DNA of 64,000 nt from a virus (Duplodnaviria > Caudoviricetes): the IMG/VR virus record IMGVR_UViG_3300023301_000008, positions 367 to 64,366 of that record, one strand, 5' to 3'. Below, one piece after another: positions 1-9,499 of the stretch. The first letter of the stretch is position 1. Each line of letters begins with the position of its first letter. The translations under genes were made by a program, and so were the position numbers. The notes under the pieces are model-generated. The model did not search any database and had not been told where the DNA came from. It was given only the letters and a program-made list of their open reading frames with translations.

Positions 1-536
1 ATGTGGAGAGGTTGCCCCCCGGTGCAGTGCCGTGCGAGGACTGCACTCCAGGTAGAACGAACCCTCTAGTATTCCCGGAACAGTATCGATACTGGACTTT
101 GGTGTCCGAGGACCCTGAAGCAATCATCAACGCGCTCTACAAGCCGGACGATTCCGGGGCTAGGTACCTCACTAACGTAGCCCGCCGTGTGCTTGACCAG
201 GCTGCAGAGATGGACCCAGACATTGACCAGGCGTATCGCATCGAGTTCATTCCGTAGACCTAAATGAGGTAGACTGGGTAAATGCTAGAGAATCCAGAAG
301 AACACGCCACCGGCGTAGACGATGTAAGCCCACTGCGGAGCCTCATTGTGGAAATTCACGAGATTTATCAGGAACTGATAGATGTTGGCTTCTCCTCCAG
401 CGTTGCGGCACAAATCGTAGGGCATATGCTCTCCGTAGCCGTTGGCTCTCGCGGAGACGATGACGACGATGAAGATGAGGTTGAAGACGAACCAGAAGTC
501 TGATAGACTCACAATTTCAAAGACAGAGACAGGACA

Positions 537-3377
537 ATGACAACAGACCTCAGCAACGTACAGCTACACTTCGTGGATAACCTTGAGAAAGCCATGGAGT
601 TCAAGCGGTGGCTTGGACAGGCCCGACCCCTTAACATGATCAGCATTGACATTGAGACCGGAGAAAAACCCGGAAACCACAAAGACGATGCACTATCTCC
701 TTGGCACGGCAAGATTCGACTCATGCAGGTCGGAGACAGCGAGCAAGGTTGGGCCATCCCATGGGAAGACTGGGCCGGAGTCTTCTATGAAGCTATGGCC
801 GACTTCAACGGCCCCATCGTATGCCACAACATCGCCTTCGAAGCCAAGTGGATGGCTGTACAATCCAAATGGAAAATGCCGTGGCACAACGCCCACGACA
901 CCATGATCATGTCCCAAATCATTAAGCCCAACCGTAGGTCACACGGTCTGAAACCACTAACTGCCGAGTTGGTAGACTCCAAAGCTGCAGCTATGCAGGC
1001 TGAGCTGGATAACGCCTTCTCCGAGAACGGATGGACTTGGGGCACGGTCCCCGTCAATTTCAAATGGTACTGGATGTACGGAGCCCTCGACCCAGTAATC
1101 ACGACACGTCTGGCACTAGAACATTTCTACAAGTACGTCCAGCCCGGAGCCGTCTTTAGTGAGGCATACGAACTGGAGATGGCTGTCCGTAAGATCGCCA
1201 CAACCATGGAGATCAACGGGGCCCGAGTAGACCTAGAGTATTCACAGAAAAAACTGGACGAACTGCAGCTATACACCGAAAGTGTGAAGGCATGGGGATT
1301 CAGTCGATACAACGCCTCCATCACGAGCAACATTCAGATGGTGAAGCTCTTCGAAAGCTTGGGTGGAGAGATCACTCAATTCACACCCAGCGGGGGCAAG
1401 TCCGTCAACAAGGACCAGATCGCAGTGTTTGCACTCAGTGAGAACACTGAGGTTCGCACCCTAGCCGAAACGATCCTCAAACAGAGACAGGCCGATAAGC
1501 TCGCCTCCTCCTACTTCTCGAACTTCATAAGCGACCAGATTGGCGGTGTACTGCACCCATCGATCAATATCATGGCCGCACGCACGAGCCGTATGTCAAT
1601 CACTAAGCCCGCACTCCAGACTCTTCCTGCCGGGGACGCTGCTGTGCGCCGAGCGTTCGTTCCCCGGCATGAAGGTGAGGTTCTGATTACGTCTGACCTC
1701 GATCAGGTGGAGTTCCGACTCACCGCGTGCTTCTCAGAGGACCCCGCGCTTATAGAGCTGTTCCACGAGGCTGACCGTGTAGGTGGTGACGTGTTCACCT
1801 CGATCATGCGTCAGGTCTATCACGACAACACACTCGTGAAATCTGATCACAGAAGGAAACTCATTAAGGGTTGTGTGCCGCTAGACTCTGAAATTTTAAC
1901 TAGACGTGGGTGGCTCACCTATGATCAGGTTGCTCCGGGTGATGAAACTTTGGGGTACAACATAGAGACGGGCCGGAGCGAGTGGACAACTGTAGAAGGT
2001 GTGCACACATTTGACGACTCAGACATCTACAAATTATCTAACGGGCACAAATCATTCCTATGCACAGAGGACCATAGATGGATTGCGGATAACGGACGCT
2101 CCGGGGATCGCGCCTCAAAGGCAAAAATTATCCACGCCGATGAGTTCATTGAGGGAAACAAGAGGCTAATACTAGCTGCAGGTGCTGAGGACGGCGCGTT
2201 TGATGTTTCGGACAGTGAGGCCCGTCTTCTGGGGTGGATTCTTGGTGATGGCTCGATCAAGCGCTCTAAATTTACTGGTGGGCCTTCACAGGCAGGTGGA
2301 GCCGGGGTGGGGTGTGCTGTGGAAATCTACCAGACCAAGGCAGTAGGAGAGGCAGCAATTGATGTGCTAGCCCAGGAGTATGAGCACACCAGAATTGTCA
2401 ATCCAAAAACAGGACAAGTAGTTTGGAGTTTCCACCCAGACAAGATGCGAGACCTTTTGGGACGTGCTCAGATCGTAGACAAGAATACATTTGATCCTTG
2501 GGCACTTGCAGCAGGTCTTACGTTATCTGCCCGAAACCAGATGATTCGAGGACTAGATGAGGCTAACGGGAAAAATAAGACATCGCAAAAAACAAGGACC
2601 AAAATTGATGTAGCTATTGTCCAATCAGCGGCAAGCCCTGTGGCTGAGTTAGTGGTGGCTCTGGGGTACCTAACTGGGCAGTTCGCTAGGCAGACTACCT
2701 ACGGCCCGGAGGGCAGCGCTTGGACAAAAAATCCGTACAAAGTTGTTTGGCATCAGCCCGGGAGAATGACTAATCAGCGTGCATCGCTGGAGTACGTGGA
2801 GACTGGCTCCGTGTGGTGTGTGACTACCGGTTCGGGAACTTGGACCATGCGCCAAAAGGACAAAGTTCCTGTCTTGACAGGAAATACAGTCTACGGTAAA
2901 TTGTACGGAGCCGGAGTTGACAAGATGGCTGCAACCTCCGGTGTCTCTTTTGGCGACATGAAAGAGGTGGTTGACGCATTTGACAACAACTATCCAGGAG
3001 TCAAGAGATTCCAAAAGCAGATTGAAAACGAGGGGGCCGCACGCCTCCGGGCTGAGGGTGAGGCGTATGTGCTCACAAAGACCGGTCGGAAGCTCCCTGC
3101 CGATGATGACCGTATCTACTCGCTCACCAACTACAAGATTCAGGCCACCGCTGCGGAGGTATTCAAGCAGAACCTCGTAAAGCTGGATAAGCAGGGGCTC
3201 TCTGAGTACATGGTTGTCCCGGTGCACGACGAGATCGTGCTGTCAGTACCTGAAGCCAACGCCGAAGATATTAAGGCGGTAGTCAAAGAGGCTATGACCT
3301 CTACCGAAGGCTGGGTTGTCCCCTTGACCGCTGGTGTGGACGGTCCATTCAAAAACTGGGGAGAATCCTATGAGTAG
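537..3377 (+). CDS. polA: DNA polymerase I (family A, 3'-5' exonuclease + polymerase), intein-containing
   Basis: Exonuclease motifs DIET and HNIAFE; motif A DLDQVEFR; motif B split by the intein (RRKLIKG|TVYGKLYG); motif C VHDEIV. Confidence 0.95.
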   Translation: MTTDLSNVQLHFVDNLEKAMEFKRWLGQARPLNMISIDIETGEKPGNHKDDALSPWHGKIRLMQVGDSEQGWAIPWEDWAGVFYEAMADFNGPIVCHNIAFEAKWMAVQSKWKMPWHNAHDTMIMSQIIKPNRRSHGLKPLTAELVDSKAAAMQAELDNAFSENGWTWGTVPVNFKWYWMYGALDPVITTRLALEHFYKYVQPGAVFSEAYELEMAVRKIATTMEINGARVDLEYSQKKLDELQLYTESVKAWGFSRYNASITSNIQMVKLFESLGGEITQFTPSGGKSVNKDQIAVFALSENTEVRTLAETILKQRQADKLASSYFSNFISDQIGGVLHPSINIMAARTSRMSITKPALQTLPAGDAAVRRAFVPRHEGEVLITSDLDQVEFRLTACFSEDPALIELFHEADRVGGDVFTSIMRQVYHDNTLVKSDHRRKLIKGCVPLDSEILTRRGWLTYDQVAPGDETLGYNIETGRSEWTTVEGVHTFDDSDIYKLSNGHKSFLCTEDHRWIADNGRSGDRASKAKIIHADEFIEGNKRLILAAGAEDGAFDVSDSEARLLGWILGDGSIKRSKFTGGPSQAGGAGVGCAVEIYQTKAVGEAAIDVLAQEYEHTRIVNPKTGQVVWSFHPDKMRDLLGRAQIVDKNTFDPWALAAGLTLSARNQMIRGLDEANGKNKTSQKTRTKIDVAIVQSAASPVAELVVALGYLTGQFARQTTYGPEGSAWTKNPYKVVWHQPGRMTNQRASLEYVETGSVWCVTTGSGTWTMRQKDKVPVLTGNTVYGKLYGAGVDKMAATSGVSFGDMKEVVDAFDNNYPGVKRFQKQIENEGAARLRAEGEAYVLTKTGRKLPADDDRIYSLTNYKIQATAAEVFKQNLVKLDKQGLSEYMVVPVHDEIVLSVPEANAEDIKAVVKEAMTSTEGWVVPLTAGVDGPFKNWGESYE
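1872..2885 (+). mobile_element. Intein in DNA polymerase motif B with LAGLIDADG-like endonuclease domain
   Basis: Starts CVPLDSEILTRRGW, block B TEDHRW, LLGWILGDGS motif, ends VWCVTT...VLTGN before Thr; removing it restores motif B. Confidence 0.9.
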
Positions 3378-3834
3378 GAGACGAGTGTTGGCTGTAGACC
3401 CCGGAAAGGAAACCGGACTGAGCTGCTTTGAGATCGAACCCGGGGGCGAGCCCGTTCTGATCTGGTCTGCCGAAGTGGACGAGGAGACGTTCATTATACC
3501 AATCAGAAAAGAGTTGGCAGAACACCCTCACCTGGAGGTGGCATGCGAGCGGTTCACGATCAACGCGGAAACAGCCAAGAAAAGCCAGGCTCCCTTCAGC
3601 TTGGAGACAATCGGCAACCTGAAACAGGCTGTGAGAGACGTTGGACGGGCCGCAGAGAGCATCAAACTGCAGTCACCGGCAGACGCTAAGAAACTGTTCC
3701 CCAACCCCGCACTGAAGCAGCTAGGCTACTGGCACGTGGGTGGAAAAGGCCATGCTATGGATGCAATCCGTCACGGACTGCTTTACCTTGTCAATACGGG
3801 CTGGGTCCCGTCCCGGCTATTGGATGATGACTGA
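3370..3834 (+). CDS. RuvC-like Holliday junction resolvase
   Basis: VLAVDPGKETG N-terminal motif, ACERF, HAMDAIRH; lies directly after the polymerase. Confidence 0.75.
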   Translation: MSRRRVLAVDPGKETGLSCFEIEPGGEPVLIWSAEVDEETFIIPIRKELAEHPHLEVACERFTINAETAKKSQAPFSLETIGNLKQAVRDVGRAAESIKLQSPADAKKLFPNPALKQLGYWHVGGKGHAMDAIRHGLLYLVNTGWVPSRLLDDD

Positions 3835-3888
3835 GAAATTAGGTTAGATGTCTGATAGTGTCATGAATGAAAGAATGGAAAGAGACGA

Positions 3889-5835
3889 ATGTCAGTACTT
3901 GTAGAGTTGGATGAAACTGGAAAACTCATCCTTATCCACGCCGAGTGGCGGTTTAAGGAGCTGTGCCAGACGATCCCCGGAGCACGATGGAATGATCCTA
4001 CAAACACGTGGCGCATGCCTGTGTCTTGGACGGGGTGCCTTGCGCTGCGCTCTACCTTCAAGGATGCTTTGGAGATTGGTCCCCGGCTAGGGGAGTGGGC
4101 CCAGAACGAGTTGACGACTCGGGTGGCCCCGGCTAACGCTCTTCGGGAGCTGCTGGATTTCGAGGGTGGGGACGCAGACTTATTTGCCCACCAACGTGCG
4201 GGGGTGGAGTTTCTAGCCACAGCTCGTCAGGCCTTGTTGGCCGATGAACCGGGACTAGGCAAGTCTGCGCAAGCTATTCGTGCTCTGGCGTATATCATAA
4301 AAAAGAACCCAAATGATCACGCGTTTCCAGTTCTAGTGGTGTGCCCGAACACCCTGAAGAAGAACTGGCAACGAGAGTTTGAAAAATGGGGTCCTCCCAA
4401 TCGTGATGTACTGGTAGTTACTGGGAGTGCTGCTCAAAAGCGCAAGCAGTTTAAGGACTACCACGATAGGATCAAAAAATGTCAGGTTCACGGTACACAT
4501 GCTCAAATAGAGAGTTTCGTGGAGCCCTCTGCCGACCCTGCAACATTGCTCTCCACCCAGGAGACAATGATATTGCCTGGTTTGATCGTGCCCGGGTGTA
4601 CTTGCTATCTAGGCCTGATAGTTAACTGGGAAAGTCTCAGGTCCCACTCCAGGCTCGCCCCCTACGGCTCTATTGCGCTCAAGAAGTGCAAGGAGCACGG
4701 TGGTGCGGACCCCAAGATTTCTGCCAACGCGTGTGAGGTGCACGAGCGAGAGCTAAACGAGATTGAGTTCCGTAGCGTCATCGCGGACGAGATTCACCGA
4801 GCCAAGGACCCCAAGAGCAAGCAGACGCGAGCCCTATGGTCTGCGTCCGGCAAGGCAGACATTCGCTTCGCCCTCACCGGCACTCCACTGGCTGCGGACG
4901 TACTAGACCTCTGGCCGACACTCCACTGGCTGAGCCCGGACGAGTGGCCGACCAAGACCAAGTGGATTGACCGCATGATCGATGTCATGAGTAACGCCTT
5001 CGGTGGTCTAATAGTGCTGGGAGTTAAGCCCCAGATGGAGTCTGAATTCTTTAGCGCACTGCATCCTCGTATGCGTAGGATGCTTAAGCAGGTTGTACTG
5101 CCATGGCTTCCGGAGATCGTCTACGACAAGCGGTACGTAGAGATGAACCCCAAGCAGGCCAAGGCCTACAAGCAGATGAAGACCAAGATGGTTGCCGGTC
5201 TGGACAGCGGAGGCTACGTAGTTGCAGCCAACTCGCTGACCCAGATGGGCCGTCTTCTCCAGTTCGCTTCCGCGTACGCCGAGATTCATGTTGACCCGGA
5301 CTCTGGAGATCAGAAGGTTGTTCTCTCGGAGCCGTCCGCTACGGTTGATGCTGCATTCACTGACCTCACCAGTGGTGACTTTGGGTCAGACTCAATTGCG
5401 ATATCCTCGGTCTCCCGTCAGTTGCTGGAACTCATGAGTGCTCGACTAACTAAGGCAAAGATTCCCCACGGTATGATTACGGGGCTAGTCGATGTCTACA
5501 CTAGACAGGCGGCAGTAGATGATTTCCAGTCAGGGAAGACTAAGTACATCCTGTTCACCGCACAAGCCGGTGGAGTGGGTATCACGCTGACCAAAGCCCG
5601 TAGACTGATTCGTCTGCAGAGGCCGTGGTCTCTCGTTGATGACCTCCAGGTGCGCGACCGCGTGCACCGTATTGGGTCTGAGGTTCACGACAGCATTATT
5701 GTCACCGACTACATCGTGGCCGGGACAGTGCAGGATGCCGTGGATGCAGTGCTTGACGGCAAGGCCGACAACTTTGAAGAGATTGTGAAAGACCAGGACC
5801 AGCTTAGGAAGCTACTAACTACGGAGGTATTTTGA
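3889..5835 (+). CDS. SNF2-family helicase
   Basis: LLADEPGLGKS Walker A, DEIH, ALTGTP, GVGITLTKA, DRVHRIG. Confidence 0.92.
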   Translation: MSVLVELDETGKLILIHAEWRFKELCQTIPGARWNDPTNTWRMPVSWTGCLALRSTFKDALEIGPRLGEWAQNELTTRVAPANALRELLDFEGGDADLFAHQRAGVEFLATARQALLADEPGLGKSAQAIRALAYIIKKNPNDHAFPVLVVCPNTLKKNWQREFEKWGPPNRDVLVVTGSAAQKRKQFKDYHDRIKKCQVHGTHAQIESFVEPSADPATLLSTQETMILPGLIVPGCTCYLGLIVNWESLRSHSRLAPYGSIALKKCKEHGGADPKISANACEVHERELNEIEFRSVIADEIHRAKDPKSKQTRALWSASGKADIRFALTGTPLAADVLDLWPTLHWLSPDEWPTKTKWIDRMIDVMSNAFGGLIVLGVKPQMESEFFSALHPRMRRMLKQVVLPWLPEIVYDKRYVEMNPKQAKAYKQMKTKMVAGLDSGGYVVAANSLTQMGRLLQFASAYAEIHVDPDSGDQKVVLSEPSATVDAAFTDLTSGDFGSDSIAISSVSRQLLELMSARLTKAKIPHGMITGLVDVYTRQAAVDDFQSGKTKYILFTAQAGGVGITLTKARRLIRLQRPWSLVDDLQVRDRVHRIGSEVHDSIIVTDYIVAGTVQDAVDAVLDGKADNFEEIVKDQDQLRKLLTTEVF

Positions 5836-5935
5836 TGGCTTCTCAGAATTCTAAGGCCTGCAAAAAATCAAGAAAACGAATGAGTGACGCAGCTAAAGCT
5901 CGCCACCAAAACAAAAGAAGGGAAGGTGATGCCAT

Positions 5936-6898
5936 ATGAACACTATCACTAACGGACAGGCCTACAAAGTCTCAAACTCAGAGATTCAGGTATTCAAGGA
6001 CTGTCGCAGAAAATGGTGGCTGACCTATTACAGACGGCTCAAGCCGAAGGACAAGAAATACACAGGGCCTCTGGCTCTGGGAAGTCGTGTTCACGAGGCA
6101 CTAGATCGTCACTATACTTCTGGCGATGATCTAATAGAGACGTACAACCTTCTACTCGCTGAAGACCTTCTAGCCATCGAAGAGGCTGAGATGTTTATCC
6201 CAGACAACTTTGGTTCCGAAGGGGAACTCGGTCGTATAATGCTGGAAGGCTACATCGACTGGTCTGACGAGGAGGGTATCAATTCCGACCTAGAGCTGGT
6301 CTCTACAGAGGAGATTCTATCTATGTTCCTCATGGACGGCACCGTAGAACTTCAGGGAAAGCTAGACATGCGTGTGCGCCGTCTCTCCGATGGTGCACGC
6401 CTGTTCCGTGACTGGAAGACTGCGATCTCATTCACAGACTTCGAATCCACGGCCCAAATGAACGAGCAGATTATGACCTACATGCTCTTGGAGCACGCCA
6501 ACAACCCTGACCCCGAAACTCGGAGCATGGGTGGAATCTTTACGCTTTTCCGTAAAGTCAAGCGCACCGCGTCAGCCAAGCCACCGTTCTATAAGCAATT
6601 TGAGGTCAATCACAACGTGTTCACCATGCGATCTTTCTGGGAACGCATCCACGGGGAACTAAACGACCTCATGGCGCTCAAAAATGCGCTAGACTCAGGA
6701 GCATCACATAGGCAGGTCGCGTATCCACGTCCATCCAGAGACTGTACATGGAAGTGCGACTTCTACTCCATCTGCACGATGTTCGATGACGGTAGTGCCG
6801 TAGAGGAGGCGGTGGCAGAACGATTTGAAGTATCCGACCCCTACGACTACTACAACAGCACACTAGACAAAACGAAAGAAGGAAAAGACAATGGCTGA
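5936..6898 (+). CDS. Cas4/RecB-like PD-(D/E)xK exonuclease
   Basis: SNSEIQVFKDCRRKW, GSRVHEAL, GKLD...DWKT, C-terminal CTWKCDFYSIC. Confidence 0.85.
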   Translation: MNTITNGQAYKVSNSEIQVFKDCRRKWWLTYYRRLKPKDKKYTGPLALGSRVHEALDRHYTSGDDLIETYNLLLAEDLLAIEEAEMFIPDNFGSEGELGRIMLEGYIDWSDEEGINSDLELVSTEEILSMFLMDGTVELQGKLDMRVRRLSDGARLFRDWKTAISFTDFESTAQMNEQIMTYMLLEHANNPDPETRSMGGIFTLFRKVKRTASAKPPFYKQFEVNHNVFTMRSFWERIHGELNDLMALKNALDSGASHRQVAYPRPSRDCTWKCDFYSICTMFDDGSAVEEAVAERFEVSDPYDYYNSTLDKTKEGKDNG

Positions 6899-7658
6899 TA
6901 TGAGACGATCTCTCACGATGCTCATCTACGGTGAGTCCAAGGTCGGTAAGTCCTCACTTGCCGCCACCGCGCCCTACCCCCGTTTGATGTTGGACGTGGA
7001 GGGTGGACACCGCTTCCTCCCTATCGTACCCACCTACTGGAACCCAGCGCTAGAGGAGCCACCAATGGCTGATGGCACATGGGACACCTGCATTGTGGAA
7101 GTGAATGACTACGACACAGTACTTAAGGCGTACCAGTGGCTCCGATCCGGAAAGCACCACTTCCGGTCCCTAATCATCGACTCAATCTCGGAGCTGCAGG
7201 TTAAGCTCTTGGACAAGTTGGTAGGAATCGATCAGGTCAAGATGCAGGAATGGGGAGACGTTCTACGTCAACTCGGTAGCCTGTTGCGAGACCTTCGTGA
7301 CCTCACGATGCACCCGACCAACCCACTGGAGGCCGTAATTTTGACCGCCATGGCGAAGCCGGACAAGAATGGAAAGTACCACCCGTACCTCCAAGGGCAG
7401 CTGGCAGTTATGGCTCCCTACTTCTACGACATCCTTGGTGCCGTAGCGATTGACACATTCCCGAACCCCGAGCCCGGACTACCTCCGCTATCGTTCAGAC
7501 GACTCTACGTTGTTGGGACCGAAAAGTATGAGGCCGGAGAACGAGTCCAGGGCCGTCTCGGAACCATTGTCGAGCAGGAAAACCTAAATGTGGTTAGAAT
7601 GTTGGATATGGTATTCGGAGAACGTCCAGCACCGCAGCCCGTACAACCAGCTGAATAA
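6891..7658 (+). CDS. AAA_24/Sak4-like ATPase (phage recombinase)
   Basis: IYGESKVGKS Walker A, LDVEGG, IIDSISE; located between the exonuclease and SSB. Confidence 0.8.
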   Translation: MADMRRSLTMLIYGESKVGKSSLAATAPYPRLMLDVEGGHRFLPIVPTYWNPALEEPPMADGTWDTCIVEVNDYDTVLKAYQWLRSGKHHFRSLIIDSISELQVKLLDKLVGIDQVKMQEWGDVLRQLGSLLRDLRDLTMHPTNPLEAVILTAMAKPDKNGKYHPYLQGQLAVMAPYFYDILGAVAIDTFPNPEPGLPPLSFRRLYVVGTEKYEAGERVQGRLGTIVEQENLNVVRMLDMVFGERPAPQPVQPAE

Positions 7659-7693
7659 ACAAACAAACAAGAAAAAAAGAAAGAGAGCACAAA

Positions 7694-8350
7694 ATGACAG
7701 GCAGTGTAAACTGGGGAGAGGTTATTCAAGAGGCCCGTGAAGGCGGCGGCTCTTTCGAACCCATCCCCGCAGGAGACTACGATCTCCTCGTAACCAACCC
7801 GACACATAAGGTGTCACAGGGCGGCAAGATGATGTACGTGATTGAAGCCACAGTGCAGGGTGGACCTTACAACGGCAGAAAGATTTGGGACAACCTCGTT
7901 GTCTCGCCGGACAGCGGAACCGCCATGGGCTACTTCTTCAAGAAGATGAAGGCAATCGGTCTACCGACTGAATACTTCCAGGGTGGCCCGTCTGATGACC
8001 AGATCGTTAATGATCTGCGCAACCGTAGCTTCCGTGCCAAGGTCGGCATCAAGACCTTCAACAGCAAGGACAGCAACAGTATCGTTGAGTACTACCCCTC
8101 AGCCGCAGCTCCCGGTGGGCCAGTACCAGCGACACCAGTGGCTGCAGCAGCGCCGATGCAGGCCGCACCTGCACCTGCACCTGCACCAGCTGCAGCAGCA
8201 CCGCAGTACGCTGCACCCGCGCCACAGGCTGCCCCGCAGCCCGCAGCGCCTCCTGCAGCTGCACCGCCCGCAGCAGCGCCTCAGGCCGCTCCGGTAGCAA
8301 GTCCGTGGGATGCTTCAACTCCCGCTCCACCGCCGCCCACGCCTTTCTAG
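7694..8350 (+). CDS. Single-stranded DNA-binding protein (DUF669-like) with Pro/Ala-rich tail
   Basis: FEPIPAGDY motif, GRKIWDNL, low-complexity PA tail ending in PF. Confidence 0.75.
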   Translation: MTGSVNWGEVIQEAREGGGSFEPIPAGDYDLLVTNPTHKVSQGGKMMYVIEATVQGGPYNGRKIWDNLVVSPDSGTAMGYFFKKMKAIGLPTEYFQGGPSDDQIVNDLRNRSFRAKVGIKTFNSKDSNSIVEYYPSAAAPGGPVPATPVAAAAPMQAAPAPAPAPAAAAPQYAAPAPQAAPQPAAPPAAAPPAAAPQAAPVASPWDASTPAPPPPTPF

Positions 8351-8359
8351 GCGGCACTT

Positions 8360-8400
8360 ACGGGCGAGTCGTTTATACGGCTCGCCCGTTTTTCTTTTCT
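8360..8400 (+). terminator. Intrinsic terminator
   Basis: acgggcgag...ctcgcccgt hairpin followed by tttttcttttct. Confidence 0.8.
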
Positions 8401-8434
8401 GTTATAATGAAGACTTAACGATTTAAGGAGCACC

Positions 8435-8857
8435 ATGCCCAAGGTTAATTACGACTGGGTGAGAGCCCAATTTGTGTCCGCTGGGGTCCAGCAGGGCGTG
8501 GGCGACACCGTACTGAAACTTCTCGCTGTGTGGGAGGATGTGGACGTACCTGAGAACATGCTTGAGGATTCCATTGAGTTCTTCTCGAAGGTAGCTCTCC
8601 AGCACTCACTGAATAATACCCCTGTAGAGGAGACCTGGGTCCAGGCACACTCCGGGGGCAATTCAATCGTAGGCGGCACCGTACGCGTCCGTCACAACTA
8701 CTTCGCAGGCGAGGCAGGCATCCTCCACAACGGGCGCAAAGGTCGAGTCACGGCTGTCCGATCCGGAGATGTCATTGTGCGTTCCACTGACGACCTTGAG
8801 CCGTTCCTGGATAATGTTCACTACCCATTCGAGGCTCTAGAGATTCGCGTCCGCTGA
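8435..8857 (+). CDS. Hypothetical protein
   Basis: 140-aa ORF with AAGGAG RBS. Confidence 0.6.
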   Translation: MPKVNYDWVRAQFVSAGVQQGVGDTVLKLLAVWEDVDVPENMLEDSIEFFSKVALQHSLNNTPVEETWVQAHSGGNSIVGGTVRVRHNYFAGEAGILHNGRKGRVTAVRSGDVIVRSTDDLEPFLDNVHYPFEALEIRVR

Positions 8858-8923
8858 TCGAGCGCGTCTCTTTTAAAAATGGTATGATGCTATTTAGTCT
8901 AGTATTAGAGGAAGTAGAATATT

Positions 8924-9499
8924 TTGTCAATAAGTAATGGGGAAGCTACCAACTGGGAAGCGGAGTCTCTTTGCTCCAAACCGGAGAACAAAGAACTCGA
9001 CTTCTTCTCTACAGACCCTGGCGAGGTGTCTGCCGCCAAGAATCTCTGCTTCAGTTGTCCCGTTCGTGGAGACTGCATTGAGTTTGCCCTGGAGAACGGT
9101 AAAATCTGGGGAGTCTGGGGTGGCCGGGATGCCAACGAGATCAGACGAATCCTGTCAGTCAACGCCAATGGCGAGGAAGTCCGAAGAGGACGCTTCCCCC
9201 AATGCGGGTACTGCGGAGCACGCACGAGCCGACTCACCACCAAGACTGTAGACAAGCCTGATGGGGGACGCTGGACTACCGTTAAGGCTGTGGAGTGCAC
9301 AGAGTGTGGATTCGAGTGGAAGAGCCGTACAAGTGCAAACGCAGTAAATGCGTACCACACCGCTCGCGCTGTGAAAGCTGAGCGTAGAGACAAGAAAAGG
9401 GCCCTCAACAAGAAAGGGCCCTCAACTCGTTCAGCTTCTAAGGCTAGCGCAAAACCTGCTCGTCCCGTAGACGCTCCTGAGGAGTCATCACAAAAGTGA
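8924..9499 (+). CDS. whiB: WhiB-family transcription factor with C-terminal zinc ribbon
   Basis: C...FF...AKNLCFSCPVRGDC...GVWGG, then CGYC/CTEC; start uncertain. Confidence 0.85.
   Translation: MSISNGEATNWEAESLCSKPENKELDFFSTDPGEVSAAKNLCFSCPVRGDCIEFALENGKIWGVWGGRDANEIRRILSVNANGEEVRRGRFPQCGYCGARTSRLTTKTVDKPDGGRWTTVKAVECTECGFEWKSRTSANAVNAYHTARAVKAERRDKKRALNKKGPSTRSASKASAKPARPVDAPEESSQK

Noticed and set aside
4470-4620. Mini-intein in the SNF2 helicase
   Set aside because: No block B TxxH and no HN/C-S-T terminus; too short.
5936-6898. Cas4-like gene as part of a CRISPR system
   Set aside because: It sits in a standard exonuclease-Sak4-SSB recombination module.
8100-8345. gcacct/gcagc repeats as a DNA repeat element
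   Set aside because: They simply encode the Pro/Ala-rich SSB tail.
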